A DNA stretch of 64,000 nt from Verrucomicrobiales bacterium (GCA_027489875.1 JAIXZE010000077.1:33000-96999), one strand, 5' to 3'. Numbered from the stretch's first letter, positions 48,559 to 60,200 are shown. Made by a program: numbers and translations. The notes: generated by a model from the letters alone, not told the origin.

Positions 48559-48609
48559 ACCGCATCAACCGGGCATCGGCTCGCTGAGGGCGAGCCACGT
48601 GCACCCGGT

Positions 48610-51600
48610 TCAGGGCGTTGCCGGGGTCGCAATCCGGAAGAGCGAGAGGTCTGCTGGATCGAGGAAATCGATCGGAATCTCCAACGTGCGCCGGGTGGTT
48701 GCGGGCTGGAAGCTCACGCGTTGGACCCAGGGTTGGTCGAGGGAGGCCCGGGATTGCAGGCTGTAGGAACGTCCGGGTTCTGCCGTGAAGCGCAGCCGAA
48801 GAGTCGTGCCGTCCCAGTCGGGGTAGGCCGCGAGCACCGAGGCCGCGTTTCGTGGGTCGGTTCCAGCCCGGAACTCATCGAGGTTGGATCGACCATCGCC
48901 ATCGCTGTCCCGGATGGCATCGGAGGCGAGGACTGGATTCAACCCGTTGGCAGATTCCCAAACATCGGGCATTCCGTCGTTGTCGGCATCGACCAGGAGG
49001 AGATTCGCGGTGCCTGGCGTGGGAAACGAAAGTCCTGAAAGCGACGTGGAACCATCAGGGAACCGTCCGGAGGATGTGCCAGGTCCGGAAGGCACGAGGG
49101 TGACACCGTCGACGAGGTTGGAGTTGGGGCGGTAGAGGCGCAGGGTCTCGCCGGTGGCGGCGAGTTGGAACGGGGTATGGTTGGGTCCGGATCCAGGACT
49201 TCCATCAGCGACGAAGACGCGCCATGCGGAACGGCCGATGAATGTCAGGGGCGGGATCCGGAAGCGCTGGAGGCCGGCCAGTGAGGGGTCGTCGGTCAGG
49301 CACCAGTCCGAGAGGTCCACGGGTTGATCGGCGGCGTTGTGGAGTTCGATGAAATCGGCGGCATTCGTGCCTTGCGCGAGCCACTCGTTGATGCGGACGA
49401 ACTCCCCGGTGCTCAGAACCGCCGGGGCGGCGTTGGAGGCACCGGGCGTGGGGATCGAGAGAAGGGTCCAGTTGGTGGTCGAGTCGAGCCCGATGGATTG
49501 GGCGGCGATCTGGGCACCGAAGGTCCTTCGATCGCGCACGAGGCCGTCGGCGGCGACGAGTTCAAGGGTGCCGCCATCGTCCGGGAGGGCGAAACCGGTG
49601 TTCAGGAGTTGGGTGCTGGACGTCGACGCCGGAGTTGTTGGATCGGCATGGATGCGGAGGCGGGCACCGGCGGAGAGCGCAAGTCCTGGGGGCAGGGTCC
49701 ATGAGGTGGATTCGGGTTCCGTGAGGCGGATCCGCCACCCCGCGAGGGGAATGGAGTTGGTGGCGAGGTTGACCAGTTCGAGCCAGTCCTTCGCCAGATT
49801 GGCCTGGGGTGCCCCGGCAATGGAAGCGGCCAGGATCTCCGAAAACCGAGGGCCAGCCCGGGGTGTCAGCAAGTTGGGCGAACCGGGGGTCCCACCCAAT
49901 GGAAGGAGGCTCACCGAGTTTGAACCGTCCGGGAACCGGCCTTGGGCAACACCTTCGGCGGCGTTGGCGTAGGAGATCTGGTCCAGAATCCGTCCGGACG
50001 GTGAGAGCAGTCGCACGTTGGCCCCAGCGGCCGGCAGGCGGAAGGGGAGCGAATCCGGCTCGCCGGCCTCGTTGGCCTTGAGGGCGGCGAAACCGCTCGG
50101 CGCGACGGCCGATGGGAATCGGAAGGTATGGGTGGAGTTGGAGACGGACAGCAGGACACCCGTGAGGAACAAGGGTCGGGCCGCGTCGCGGTTGTGGAGT
50201 TCGATGAAGTCCTCGTCGCCATCGATGGGGTTGGCGAGCCATTCGTTGAGGACGAGTTGCTCGATGGCTGAGGTTTCCGCCGGGATGTTGGATTCGCCGG
50301 GACTGGGCACGAGGAGGCGTGGGCTGCCCGTGTCGGCGAGGAAGCCGACCGACCAACCATCGGCCTGGGGACCGTAGGCGAAGACGGATCTGGGGTTGCC
50401 CGAATAATCGGCGAGAACGACCACGCCCGCCTGCGCATCGAGTCGGAATCCGGTGGTCAGATCTCCGGGACTGGCATCGCCGCACCAGAGGACGAGGCGG
50501 TCGCCCTGCTCGAGTCGCGTGCCGGTGGGAAGGAGGAAACGGTTGGTGCGATCCGTCCGGAACAGGGTCCACCCGGAAAGGTCGGTGGAACCGGCTTGGA
50601 CTCCCAACAGTTCGATGAAGTCCGGTGCGTTGCCGCTTCGGAGGAGTTGGCCCGTGTTGGCGGCGAAGACTTCGTCGATGCGGACCGTTGCGGGGGAGGC
50701 GGACGGAATTGTGGCGAGGCCGGGCGAGCCACTGGGCGCGCCGGAGTCACGCCAGGCCGAAGGATCCGAGGAATCGAGATCGAATCGGGTCCGTTCGAGG
50801 GAGCGGCCGGAACTGGCGGGTCCGATCGGCCAGCCTTGGTCGGGGCGGTATCGGACGGAATCCACGATTCCACCGGTGGCATCGCGGAGGGTCAGGGTTT
50901 CACCTCCGTTGTTCAGGGCACCGCCGAAGTAACCGGCGACCGCGACGCCGGGGTAGCGGATGGCGAAGGCGGCGGGGTTGTCATCGGACGCGAGGATCCA
51001 GACCGCGCTGGCGGGCAGGGTGGTGTTTGCGGGGAAGCGGAAGTCGATTCCGTCAAAGGTGAACCCCGAGACCGGAACGGGGCGTCCGGAGGTATTGCGC
51101 AGTTCGACGAATTCGAAGGCCGACCCACCGGCGGGTTGAAAGTGGATCTCGCCGATGCGGACGGGGATTCCGGGTTCGCCAACGGTGAAGGCGGCCTCGG
51201 TGACGGCGGACCACGTGGAGCCCTGGAGTGAACGGGCGCGGATCCATGTGGAGGCGTTGAGGACCGGAGGATTGGTGGCGGCGTAGGCCTGGGCGGTTTC
51301 GCTGACGCCGCCGGTGAAGGCAACGCGCGGGTCCGAGCCGTTGGTGGTGTACCACACGGTGCCGCCCTGGTTGGTCATGCTCAGGAGGAAGCCGGCGGGA
51401 ACGGTGCCCCCGAACTGGCGGAGGACGGGAGCGTTTGAAGAGGCAAAAAGGCCGGCACCCACGAGATGAGCGCGCAGGTTGTTCGGTCGGGCCTTGACCC
51501 AGGTGTTGGTCAGACTGCGATCGAGTCCGGTGACCAGCCCGGAAAGACCGGCCGTTGTCTCGGCAAAATGGCGGACGACGTTGGCCTCGGTGAGTGCGCC

Positions 51601-54522
51601 GCCGTTGAAGAGGTGCCGGTGGACGCGGTCCGCGAAGAGAAGCCGGAACTCCGGGTTCTGCCGGAGGCGCGAATACAGGGTGCCGATTTCGGTGGTTCCG
51701 AGTTCGCTGAAGGTGTTGCCGCTGACGGAGCGATCGTAGAGTCCGAATGACCATTCGGCGTCCCAGATGTAATACCGCCAGAGGGCACCGTCGCGGCGTT
51801 CGCGGGCGGCCCGCCAGTTGTTGTGCGGCCAGTCGCCAGTGAACCCGTAGGCGTTGACGAGGAGGTAATCGACGAAGTTGGTGACATCGAGGCGGCTGGT
51901 CATGCCCTGGTACCAGGCGCTGGTGGTGGGCGTGCCGGTTTGGGCCGCGGCGAGCATGGCATCGAAGCTGGCGCGATTGCCATCGAGTGGGCCGGATTGG
52001 GAGAGGACGTCCCAGGCGTCGCTGGCTCCGTGGTGGATCGCGAGGAAGTCTGATTCAATCCGTTCCACCGGATTGTAGAACCCGGAATAACGCCCGTTCA
52101 TGAACAGGGTGACGAACGTTCCGCGGCTGGAGACCTGGCCGCAGTCCGCGAACAGGCGACGCGCGATCTCATCGCGGACGAAGGGATTCAGGTCATTGGA
52201 TCCGGCGCGACAGACGATGGCGTCGAACTCCTCGACGGAAGACACCGGGACGAATGGAAAGCGGAGCCGTCCCTCGCCGTAGTCGCCGCGGAAGTAAAGC
52301 CGCCAGGAGAATTTGGAGGAGGCGGCCAGCCGGGGGCGGAACCAGTCACTGGCGTGGAGGCGCAGGCCGGCGTTGATCTGGAACTCGCCGTTGGCGGTCG
52401 GCGAGAGGTATTCCACGGATACCGGGCGTTCCCATCCGGAGCCACGATTGAGCGGGTTGAAGTAATCCGATGCATTGACGCGGACCCAGGCACCGCTGCC
52501 ATCGCGCGTGCCGCCCTGCATGCCGACGATCCCGGTGGGTCCGGTGAGGTTGTTGGTGGCGGTGGCGAGCGAGAGGGCGGGGAGGGCGCGCTGGGCGACG
52601 GAAAGGTTGACCAAGTAGGAGTGGGTCTCGGTCTCGGAGGAAAGCAGGCCTGGCCGCGTGGCGATGGCGCGGACGACAAGGGTGCGATTGACGAGGATGG
52701 GAGCGGTGTAGACGACGCTGTTGGTCGCGTTGGGTTCGGCACCGTTCAGTGTGTACCGGATGGAGGCTCCCGGCGTGGGTGTCGAAAGGATCAGTTCGAA
52801 CGATCCGCTGAAGTATCCACGCGGAACGCTGAATTTCACGGGTTCGCAGGCGCTGCTGAGGGTGATGCCGCTGTTGGTGGCGGCCGGTGTGGGCGTCTGA
52901 TGGTAGGCCCATCTTCCATCGGGTTGACGCGCCCAGCTGACATCGTTTCGTTGGCCGGGGTACTCGGGTGCGAGTTCGGAGATCGGGCGGCGCGGGGATT
53001 CCGCATTGAACAGCCCGAGATACTCGCCGCGACGGGCGAGTTGGAAGCTCGTGTGCAGGCGGGCGCCGGGAACGATGGAGCGCCGATCCTTGGCGGAAGC
53101 AAAGACGACGAGGAATTGGCCGGCACCGAGGGTCATGTCCGGGAATACCCATTCGCCGGGTTGATCGCGGTCGTCGCTCAGGGAGAACTGTCCGAGGCGC
53201 ACGGGTTCGTTGCCGAAGTTCTGGATCTCGATCCACGGCTGGGGCTCGCCGTCCTCATCGGCAAGTCCGGTCGCATTGGCGGCAACGATCTCATTGAGCC
53301 GAAGCGTGGGATCCGGCCGGACCGGGTCGACCGTGACGTTCCAGTTAGCCCCAGCGAAGGCCATGGGCTGGTTCCCCACATCGCGGATGCCATGATCCGC
53401 TGTGAACCGGATCTCGGCCGGGCCCGCAGGGAAACTTTGGAAGGTGAATACGAATGGACCGGCTCCGGTGCCTGTGACGCCCTGGGCGGGTTGTCCATTG
53501 ATGAGGAGGTCGGAGGCATCGACGCCGGTGACGATTTCCGAGAACAGCACTTCGACGGATGAGAGTTGGCGGACGCTTCCGGGTGCCGGGAGCCGGTGGA
53601 TGAGGAGGGGAGCGTTGGGATCGACGAGTGTGTAATCCCACGTGGCACCCGGGGCGGTGTTCGAAAATGGGTTGGGTGTGGCGGCGGCGTCGGCGATGCC
53701 GTGGTCCGCCACCCACGTGGCGCGGACATTCCCCATCGGAATCCCGGCGAATCGGAACGTGTAGGCGGTAGGGCTCTGGACGGTCATGCCGGATGCTGGA
53801 AACCCGTTCAGCATGAGGTCGCCCACGGTCACGCCGGTGACCGGTTCGGAGAAGCTGACCTGGACCTGGGTGAGGTTGGTGGCTTCGCCCGGAGGTGGAA
53901 GGACCGCCACGATCGTCGGTGGGTCGGATTCGTCAGCGACGGCGGTGAGTTCGGCATCGAAGAAGATGTCGCTGCTGAAGAGGGTGGCGTTTAGGACCTG
54001 GACGCACAGGACGTTCTCGCCGTTCCGCAGGAGATTGGGGGTGTCGATCGGGTAATGGTACCAGAGGAGCGGTTCAGCCACCGATGCGGTGCTGTGGTCG
54101 GGGGCGTTGTGGTCGTCGAAGGGGCGTTCGCCCGCGGCCACGTTCGCGCGGGCGATCTCGCGGCCGTTCAACCAGGCGATGAAGCCGTCATCGCAGGCGG
54201 CCCGCAGGAGGAGGTTCCGGAGTTGGTTGGTGTCGGCGACCTGAAAGCGGGCGCGGAGGAAGAGGGTGGAATAGCTTCCCTGCATGTCGGCGAGGACGGT
54301 GCCGATCGTGACGCCGTCGCCGTAGGAGAACGGGGCCCGGGATGCGGGCCAGCCGGCATCGTTGAACGATGGTTCCCGCCAGAGCCCGGCGGTTGCCGAG
54401 GGGGCGCTCCGTCCGCGGAAGAGGTTCCATGTGGCGTTGGTTGCGACGAGCAGGGCTCCATGCGCCGTGTGGATGCCCACGAACAGCCAGAGGAGGGAAA
54501 AGACTCGGAGGCAGGGATTCAT
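48610..54522 (-). CDS. Giant secreted lamin-tail-domain/CotH kinase protein
   Basis: Signal peptide; multiple INE...D[WF]IEL LTD modules; YTLNG/YTTNG linkers; CotH (DWPHNNW, WDAE); DADNDGMPD/DSDGDG Ca-binding repeats. Confidence 0.85.
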   Translation of the reverse strand: MNPCLRVFSLLWLFVGIHTAHGALLVATNATWNLFRGRSAPSATAGLWREPSFNDAGWPASRAPFSYGDGVTIGTVLADMQGSYSTLFLRARFQVADTNQLRNLLLRAACDDGFIAWLNGREIARANVAAGERPFDDHNAPDHSTASVAEPLLWYHYPIDTPNLLRNGENVLCVQVLNATLFSSDIFFDAELTAVADESDPPTIVAVLPPPGEATNLTQVQVSFSEPVTGVTVGDLMLNGFPASGMTVQSPTAYTFRFAGIPMGNVRATWVADHGIADAAATPNPFSNTAPGATWDYTLVDPNAPLLIHRLPAPGSVRQLSSVEVLFSEIVTGVDASDLLINGQPAQGVTGTGAGPFVFTFQSFPAGPAEIRFTADHGIRDVGNQPMAFAGANWNVTVDPVRPDPTLRLNEIVAANATGLADEDGEPQPWIEIQNFGNEPVRLGQFSLSDDRDQPGEWVFPDMTLGAGQFLVVFASAKDRRSIVPGARLHTSFQLARRGEYLGLFNAESPRRPISELAPEYPGQRNDVSWARQPDGRWAYHQTPTPAATNSGITLSSACEPVKFSVPRGYFSGSFELILSTPTPGASIRYTLNGAEPNATNSVVYTAPILVNRTLVVRAIATRPGLLSSETETHSYLVNLSVAQRALPALSLATATNNLTGPTGIVGMQGGTRDGSGAWVRVNASDYFNPLNRGSGWERPVSVEYLSPTANGEFQINAGLRLHASDWFRPRLAASSKFSWRLYFRGDYGEGRLRFPFVPVSSVEEFDAIVCRAGSNDLNPFVRDEIARRLFADCGQVSSRGTFVTLFMNGRYSGFYNPVERIESDFLAIHHGASDAWDVLSQSGPLDGNRASFDAMLAAAQTGTPTTSAWYQGMTSRLDVTNFVDYLLVNAYGFTGDWPHNNWRAARERRDGALWRYYIWDAEWSFGLYDRSVSGNTFSELGTTEIGTLYSRLRQNPEFRLLFADRVHRHLFNGGALTEANVVRHFAETTAGLSGLVTGLDRSLTNTWVKARPNNLRAHLVGAGLFASSNAPVLRQFGGTVPAGFLLSMTNQGGTVWYTTNGSDPRVAFTGGVSETAQAYAATNPPVLNASTWIRARSLQGSTWSAVTEAAFTVGEPGIPVRIGEIHFQPAGGSAFEFVELRNTSGRPVPVSGFTFDGIDFRFPANTTLPASAVWILASDDNPAAFAIRYPGVAVAGYFGGALNNGGETLTLRDATGGIVDSVRYRPDQGWPIGPASSGRSLERTRFDLDSSDPSAWRDSGAPSGSPGLATIPSASPATVRIDEVFAANTGQLLRSGNAPDFIELLGVQAGSTDLSGWTLFRTDRTNRFLLPTGTRLEQGDRLVLWCGDASPGDLTTGFRLDAQAGVVVLADYSGNPRSVFAYGPQADGWSVGFLADTGSPRLLVPSPGESNIPAETSAIEQLVLNEWLANPIDGDEDFIELHNRDAARPLFLTGVLLSVSNSTHTFRFPSAVAPSGFAALKANEAGEPDSLPFRLPAAGANVRLLSPSGRILDQISYANAAEGVAQGRFPDGSNSVSLLPLGGTPGSPNLLTPRAGPRFSEILAASIAGAPQANLAKDWLELVNLATNSIPLAGWRIRLTEPESTSWTLPPGLALSAGARLRIHADPTTPASTSSTQLLNTGFALPDDGGTLELVAADGLVRDRRTFGAQIAAQSIGLDSTTNWTLLSIPTPGASNAAPAVLSTGEFVRINEWLAQGTNAADFIELHNAADQPVDLSDWCLTDDPSLAGLQRFRIPPLTFIGRSAWRVFVADGSPGSGPNHTPFQLAATGETLRLYRPNSNLVDGVTLVPSGPGTSSGRFPDGSTSLSGLSFPTPGTANLLLVDADNDGMPDVWESANGLNPVLASDAIRDSDGDGRSNLDEFRAGTDPRNAASVLAAYPDWDGTTLRLRFTAEPGRSYSLQSRASLDQPWVQRVSFQPATTRRTLEIPIDFLDPADLSLFRIATPATP

Positions 54523-54578
54523 CCTCAGGACGGCTTTGGGGTTCGCCACAGGATCGGGGTGCGTTGCCGGCGGACAGG

Positions 54579-55595
54579 TCAGGGAAACTTGATCCATGCG
54601 AGGTCGCCGTTGTGACAACCGGCGACGACCCATGAGTCATTGGGCGAGGTGGACAGGGCGGTGATGGCGGATGAGAGCCGGATCTGCCGCAGGGCGGACG
54701 ACGACTTGCCGGCGTTCCAGAAAAGGACGCTGGAGTCGAGGGCTCCGGAGGCCAATGTGTGGCCCTTGTGCTGGTAGGCGAGGGCGGTGATGCGACCGGT
54801 ATGGCCTTCGAGGATCCGTGGCGTGGATCCGGCGGGGCCGCTGCCGCCGCAGTCCCAGACCATCGCTTCGGTCCCGCCACCGGTGGCGAGGTAACGTCCG
54901 GAGAAATGCCAGGCCAGTTCCCGGACCTTGGCGGCGTAGCCCGACATGGCGAGTTCCTCCCCCTCCGAGAACGGATACGGCCAGACCTGGATGGCGTTTT
55001 CCTGGGTTCCGGCAACCACCCACTTCCGATCCGGGGACCACGCCAGCGAAACCATGGAGGTCTTCCATGGGAGCTCCCCCGCCGTTGCGCCCGAGCCGAC
55101 ATCATACAGCCGGACGCCGCCGTAGCAGGCGACGCCGACGACCTGGCTGTCCGCACGCCACGTGATGGCGGACAGGGTGCTGGTGTGGTTGGCGAAGCGA
55201 TGGACCCACCCGCGGGTCCGATGCCAGAGGTGCAGCACGCGTCCGGCACCGATCGCCAGCCATTCGCCGTTGGGTGACCATTCCAGCTGTTCCACCCAAT
55301 CGGTTCCGGCTGCGAAAGGTTCCGGGGCCGCGCCACCGTCCGCATTCCAGAACCGCACATGCCCATCCTGTCCCACGGAAGCGATCAGGTTGCCTCCCGG
55401 TTGCCACCGTCCCTTGAACGCGCCGTCGGTGTGACCTGCGAGGGTCGCGAGGAGCCGGCCATCGACGCCGGCGATCCAAAGCAGACCTCCGGCTCCCGTG
55501 ACCGCGATGCGGGTGGAATCCGGCGACCACGAAAGGTCAATGATGGCGTCGGGGACGTTCAACAACGCCTCGGCGGAGCGAAGGGGAATCGGCAT
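54579..55595 (-). CDS. WD40 repeat protein
   Basis: Repeated GH...W[SQ]P.G...SG.D..V.[VF]W units. Confidence 0.88.
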   Translation of the reverse strand: MPIPLRSAEALLNVPDAIIDLSWSPDSTRIAVTGAGGLLWIAGVDGRLLATLAGHTDGAFKGRWQPGGNLIASVGQDGHVRFWNADGGAAPEPFAAGTDWVEQLEWSPNGEWLAIGAGRVLHLWHRTRGWVHRFANHTSTLSAITWRADSQVVGVACYGGVRLYDVGSGATAGELPWKTSMVSLAWSPDRKWVVAGTQENAIQVWPYPFSEGEELAMSGYAAKVRELAWHFSGRYLATGGGTEAMVWDCGGSGPAGSTPRILEGHTGRITALAYQHKGHTLASGALDSSVLFWNAGKSSSALRQIRLSSAITALSTSPNDSWVVAGCHNGDLAWIKFP

Positions 55596-55622
55596 GGCGG
55601 GACCCGGTGCGGGAAGTCGGGT

Positions 55623-57146
55623 TCAGGCGAGGCAGCGACGGAACCCGGCGTTGAGGGCCTCGCGGTCGAGGTTGCGACCGATGAAGACCAGCTGGCTGCG
55701 GCGTTCCTCGGCAGAAGTCCAGGGGCGGTCGGCCTTGCCTTCGAAGAGCATGTGGACGCCCTGGAAGACAAAGCGGCTCTGGCTGCCCTTGAGGTTCAGG
55801 ATGCCCTTCATGCGGAAGATGTCCTGGCCCTTGGTCTGGAGGAGTTCGGAGAGCCAGGCGTTCAGCTTCTTTGAGTCCAGCTCACGCTTCTCCTCGATGC
55901 CGACGCTGGTGACGGTGGCATCGTGTTCGTGGTCATGGGCGTGTCCACCATGCTCGTGGGTATGGTTGGGCTCGATGACATGGCCGGCCTTCAGCAACTT
56001 GCCTTCGAACTCGTCGAGACCGTGTTGGGTGAACAGCGCGTAATTGCCGTGGGCGGGAATCTGGACGCGGTACTCGGAGGTATCGCCGCCCAGCACGAGC
56101 TTGTAGAGGGTGCGACCGGGCTTGATCTGGCCGCCGGGGCGCACGGAGAAAGGCTGCTGTTCGAAGAGGGCCGCGGCGACGTCCTCAGCCGCATGGAGGG
56201 CGTCGTGGATGCCGCCATGGCAGTGTTCGCCATCGCCATGGGTGTGCTCGTGGTCGTGACCATGGTCATGATCGTGGTCGTGTTTGTGATCATGATCGTG
56301 GCCATGCCCGTGGCCTTCCTTGTGGTCGTGCCCATGCTCATGCCCATGGCCGTGGTCGCAGGCGGCGTGGTCGTGGGTGTCCAGTTGGAGCAGCGCGACA
56401 CCCATGACGGGGTCCGGACCGGCTTCGAGGCGCAGCACGTGTTCGCCGGTGTCGAGGTGGTAGGCACCGGACCATTCGAAGGGCAGGGCCTTGTCGAGGA
56501 AGCCGGGTTCGAGCGACAGCTTATGGTCGAGGTCGAACGCGTGGATGTTGATGACCTTGTCGACGCTCAGGTCGCTCTGGGTGGTGCGGTGGATCTGGGC
56601 GACACGGTTGATGGCACGGATCCGGTGCTCCAGGTGGCTGAGTTCGTCCGGGGTGACGAGGTCGATCTTGTTGAGCAGGATGCGGTCGGCGAAGGCGACC
56701 TGTTCCTTGGCTTCGGCGGCGTCATCGATGTGCAGGGCGATGTGCTTGGAATCGACGACGGTCACGATGCCGTCGAGCCGGAAGCTGGCCTTGAGGTCCT
56801 CGTCGGTGAAGAAGGTCTGGGCGACGGGGCCGGGATCGGCGAGGCCGGTGGTCTCGACGAGGATGTAATCGAAGCGGTCGCGACGCTTGAGGAGTTGGCC
56901 GAGGATGCGGATGAGGTCGCCCCGGACGGTGCAGCAAAGGCACCCGTTGTTCATCTCGAAGATTTCCTCGTCGGCATTGATGACCAAGGCGTTGTCGATG
57001 CCGATCTCGCCGAATTCATTTTCGATCACGGCGATGCGTTTGCCGTGGTTCGCGGTGAGGATGCGGTTGAGGAGGGTGGTCTTTCCGGCGCCGAGAAAGC
57101 CGGTGAGGACCGTGACGGGAATGCGAGTGTCTGCCGGAGTAGCCAT
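55623..57146 (-). CDS. COG0523 (CobW/ZigA-type) metallochaperone GTPase with His-rich inserted domain
   Basis: GFLGAGKTT, NEFG, GCLCC, ETTG, NKID; C-terminal FRMKG...FQGVH...LVFIG. Confidence 0.93.
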   Translation of the reverse strand: MATPADTRIPVTVLTGFLGAGKTTLLNRILTANHGKRIAVIENEFGEIGIDNALVINADEEIFEMNNGCLCCTVRGDLIRILGQLLKRRDRFDYILVETTGLADPGPVAQTFFTDEDLKASFRLDGIVTVVDSKHIALHIDDAAEAKEQVAFADRILLNKIDLVTPDELSHLEHRIRAINRVAQIHRTTQSDLSVDKVINIHAFDLDHKLSLEPGFLDKALPFEWSGAYHLDTGEHVLRLEAGPDPVMGVALLQLDTHDHAACDHGHGHEHGHDHKEGHGHGHDHDHKHDHDHDHGHDHEHTHGDGEHCHGGIHDALHAAEDVAAALFEQQPFSVRPGGQIKPGRTLYKLVLGGDTSEYRVQIPAHGNYALFTQHGLDEFEGKLLKAGHVIEPNHTHEHGGHAHDHEHDATVTSVGIEEKRELDSKKLNAWLSELLQTKGQDIFRMKGILNLKGSQSRFVFQGVHMLFEGKADRPWTSAEERRSQLVFIGRNLDREALNAGFRRCLA

Positions 57147-57257
57147 GCGTTGTGGGGGGATGCATAGCTTCGTTGGATGAAAAAGCCAATGGCGCAGCAG
57201 GGATCTCGCCGACGTTGACACTGTCGCGGGTCGATCGGGAGAGTGAACGGGCCTGTC

Positions 57258-60200
57258 ATGAACAACTCTTCAAACGCGTCCGGAATCGGGGGCCCGCTGG
57301 ATGATCTGGCCAATCTGGCGACGCAGGTGGCGCAGGTGGGGGCGACAGCGGTGGTCCTGGGGGATGGCGACGACCTGCGGGTGGAAGGGCAGAGTGGGTT
57401 GCGGGAAGAGGATACGATGGTGGTGATGGGGATTGCGCGGCGGGCGCTGCGGGAGGGAGGCAGCATCGAGCTGCGGGAGGGGGCGGAATTGGAGGGTTCG
57501 TTGTTCCGATGGGCACTGGCGATGCCGGTGGATCGGAACGCGGGGGAGCACGAAGGGGTGCTGGTCGTGATGGATCGGGTTCCACGTCGTCCGACCGTCC
57601 GCCAGCGGGCGGCCTTGCAGACGGTCACCCACGAGGTGGTGCTGCACCTGAAGTTCCTGCATCAGGCCAAGTCGCTTCAGGATACCAAATCCCAGCACCA
57701 GAAGGCGGAGGACGCCTTGCGGGAGAGCGAGGCGTTCTATGAGGCGCTGGTCGAAAGTCTTCCCCAGAACATCTTCCGGAAGGACCTGAACGGGCGGTTC
57801 ACCTTCGTGAACGAACGCTTCTGTCGCACGGTGGGAAAGCCGCGCAGCGAGATCATGGGAATGACGGACTTCGATCTCTTCCCGTGGGAACTGGCACAGA
57901 AGTACCAGAAGGACGACCGGCGATTGGTCGAGGTGGGTGGGGCGTTCGAGACCACCGAGGAGAACCTGACGAAGGATGGCGAACGGCATTACGTCCACGT
58001 CATCAAGACTCCGATCCTGGACCGGAACGGGGAGCGCATCGGGATCCAGGGGATTTTCTGGGACGTGACCGTGGAGCGGCGGACGCAGGATGCGTTGGCG
58101 CATGAACGGGACCTGTTGCAAGCGCTGCTCGAGTACGCCCCGGACGTCATCTATTTCAAGGATGCGGAGAGTCGCATCCTGCGGGCCAGCCGCGCCTTCG
58201 CGGTGAAGGTCGGGCGGAATGACCCGCTGGAACTGGTCGGGAAGACGGATCACGAACTGTTCGATCCGGAGCATGCGGACCAGGCACGGGCGGATGAGCA
58301 AGCAATCCTGGCCACGGGGGTTCCGCTCCATGGGAAGACGGAGAAGGAGGTGTGGGCGGATGGCCGGGTGAGTTGGGTGCTGACGAGCAAGCTCCCGCTG
58401 CGGGATGCCCGTGGGCAGATCGTGGGGACCTTCGGGGTTTCACGTGACATCACCGACCTGAAGCTGGCCCAGGAAAAGGTCGAACGCGCGGAGGAGAAGT
58501 ACCGTTCGATCGTCGTCAATGCGCTCGATGGCATCTTCCAGACAACTCCGGATGGACATTATCTCTCGGCCAATCCCGCGCTCGCACGGATCTACGGATT
58601 CGACACCGTCGATGAACTGATCGAGGAGCGGACGAACATCGCCAAACAGCTTTATGTCCATCCCGAGCGTCGACTTGAGTTCCAGCGGTTGATGCAGGAG
58701 CACGACCGGATCGAGGGCTTCGAGAGCGAGGTGTACCGGCGGGATGGGAGTGTGATCTGGATCGCAGAGAACGCCCGTGCGGTGCGGGATGCCGCAGGGC
58801 GGTTGAAGTATTACGAGGGGACGGTGGAGGACATCACCGCGCGGAAGCGCGCCGAGCACGAATTGCAGATGGCGCGCGATGTCGCCATCGAGAGCGCGCG
58901 GGCGAAGTCGGAGTTCCTCGCAAACACGTCACACGAGATCCGGACGCCGATGAACGGGATCATCGGGATGACCCGGTTGTTGCTGGATACGCCGTTGACG
59001 CCGGACCAGCGGGATCACCTGGAGACCTTGCGATCCAGCGCGGACAGCCTGCTGACCATCCTGAACGACATCCTGGACTTCTCGAAGATCGAGAGCGGGA
59101 AGCTGGAGTTCGAGGCGCTGGCCTTCGACCTGCGGGACATGGTGGAGGACACGGCCGAGTTGCTGGCGGAACGCGCCTTCGGGAAGCACCTCGAGCTGAC
59201 GGTGTGGATTGATCATCGCATTCCAGCCCAGGTGCGGGGCGATGGCGGGCGCATCCGGCAGGTGCTCACGAACCTGCTGAACAACGCGATCAAGTTCACC
59301 GCGCATGGCGAGGTGGCCGTCCGTGTGACGTTGACCAGCGAGGAGGAGACCGGGCTGCTTGTCCGGTGTGATGTCTCGGACACCGGCGTTGGGATCTCCG
59401 CAGGGGCCCTGGGCAAGATCTTCGAGCCGTTCGTGCAGGCGGATGGTTCGACGCGGCGTCGGTTTGGCGGAACCGGGCTCGGGCTTTCGATCAGCCGCGG
59501 GCTGGTTCGGGCGATGGGCGGGGAGCTCGGGGTGGAAAGCACGTTGGGCAAAGGGGCCACGTTCTGGTTCACGATCCCGCTGGGTCGCGTTCCCCTGGTC
59601 GTTCCGGACGAGCCGTCGCTCCCGCTGTGTCGGGTACTGGTCGTCGAGGACCACGAGTTGACCCGGCAGGTGTACCTGCATGAACTGGGCGGCACGGAGT
59701 TCCGGGTGAGTCTGGCTGCGACGGCGGCTGAGGGACTGGATGCGCTCAAGCGGGCGGCGGCGATCGGGGAGCCGTTCGACCTGGCGATCCTCGACCTGCA
59801 ATTGCCGGACATGGACGGGCTGTCGCTGGCGCATGAAATCCATCTGTCGCAGGGATTGGAGCGGGCGCGGTTGGTGCTTGCGGCACCGCTTGGGCAACGG
59901 ATGGAGGTCGGGCTTTTGCGGACGGTGGGCGTCGCAGCGTACGTGGTGAAACCGGTGAAACGGGCGCGACTGCTGGAAACCCTGAGGGCCGTCGTCCGCG
60001 GTGAGGACGCGTTTGACCGTCGGACACTTTCCGGAGGGCGCGGAGATGCCGCAACCGGCGTCACTCTGGGGGCGCTCCGGATCCTGATTGCCGAGGACAA
60101 CCTGGTGAACCAGCGGGTGGTGCTTTCGATGCTGAAGAAGCTCGACCAGACCGCGGCCATCGCCGCGGATGGCCGGCAGGTCCTGGAGATGGTCAACACC

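Noticed and set aside
57147-57257. Zur box or cobalamin riboswitch upstream of the COG0523 gene
   Set aside because: No convincing palindrome or riboswitch core is visible.
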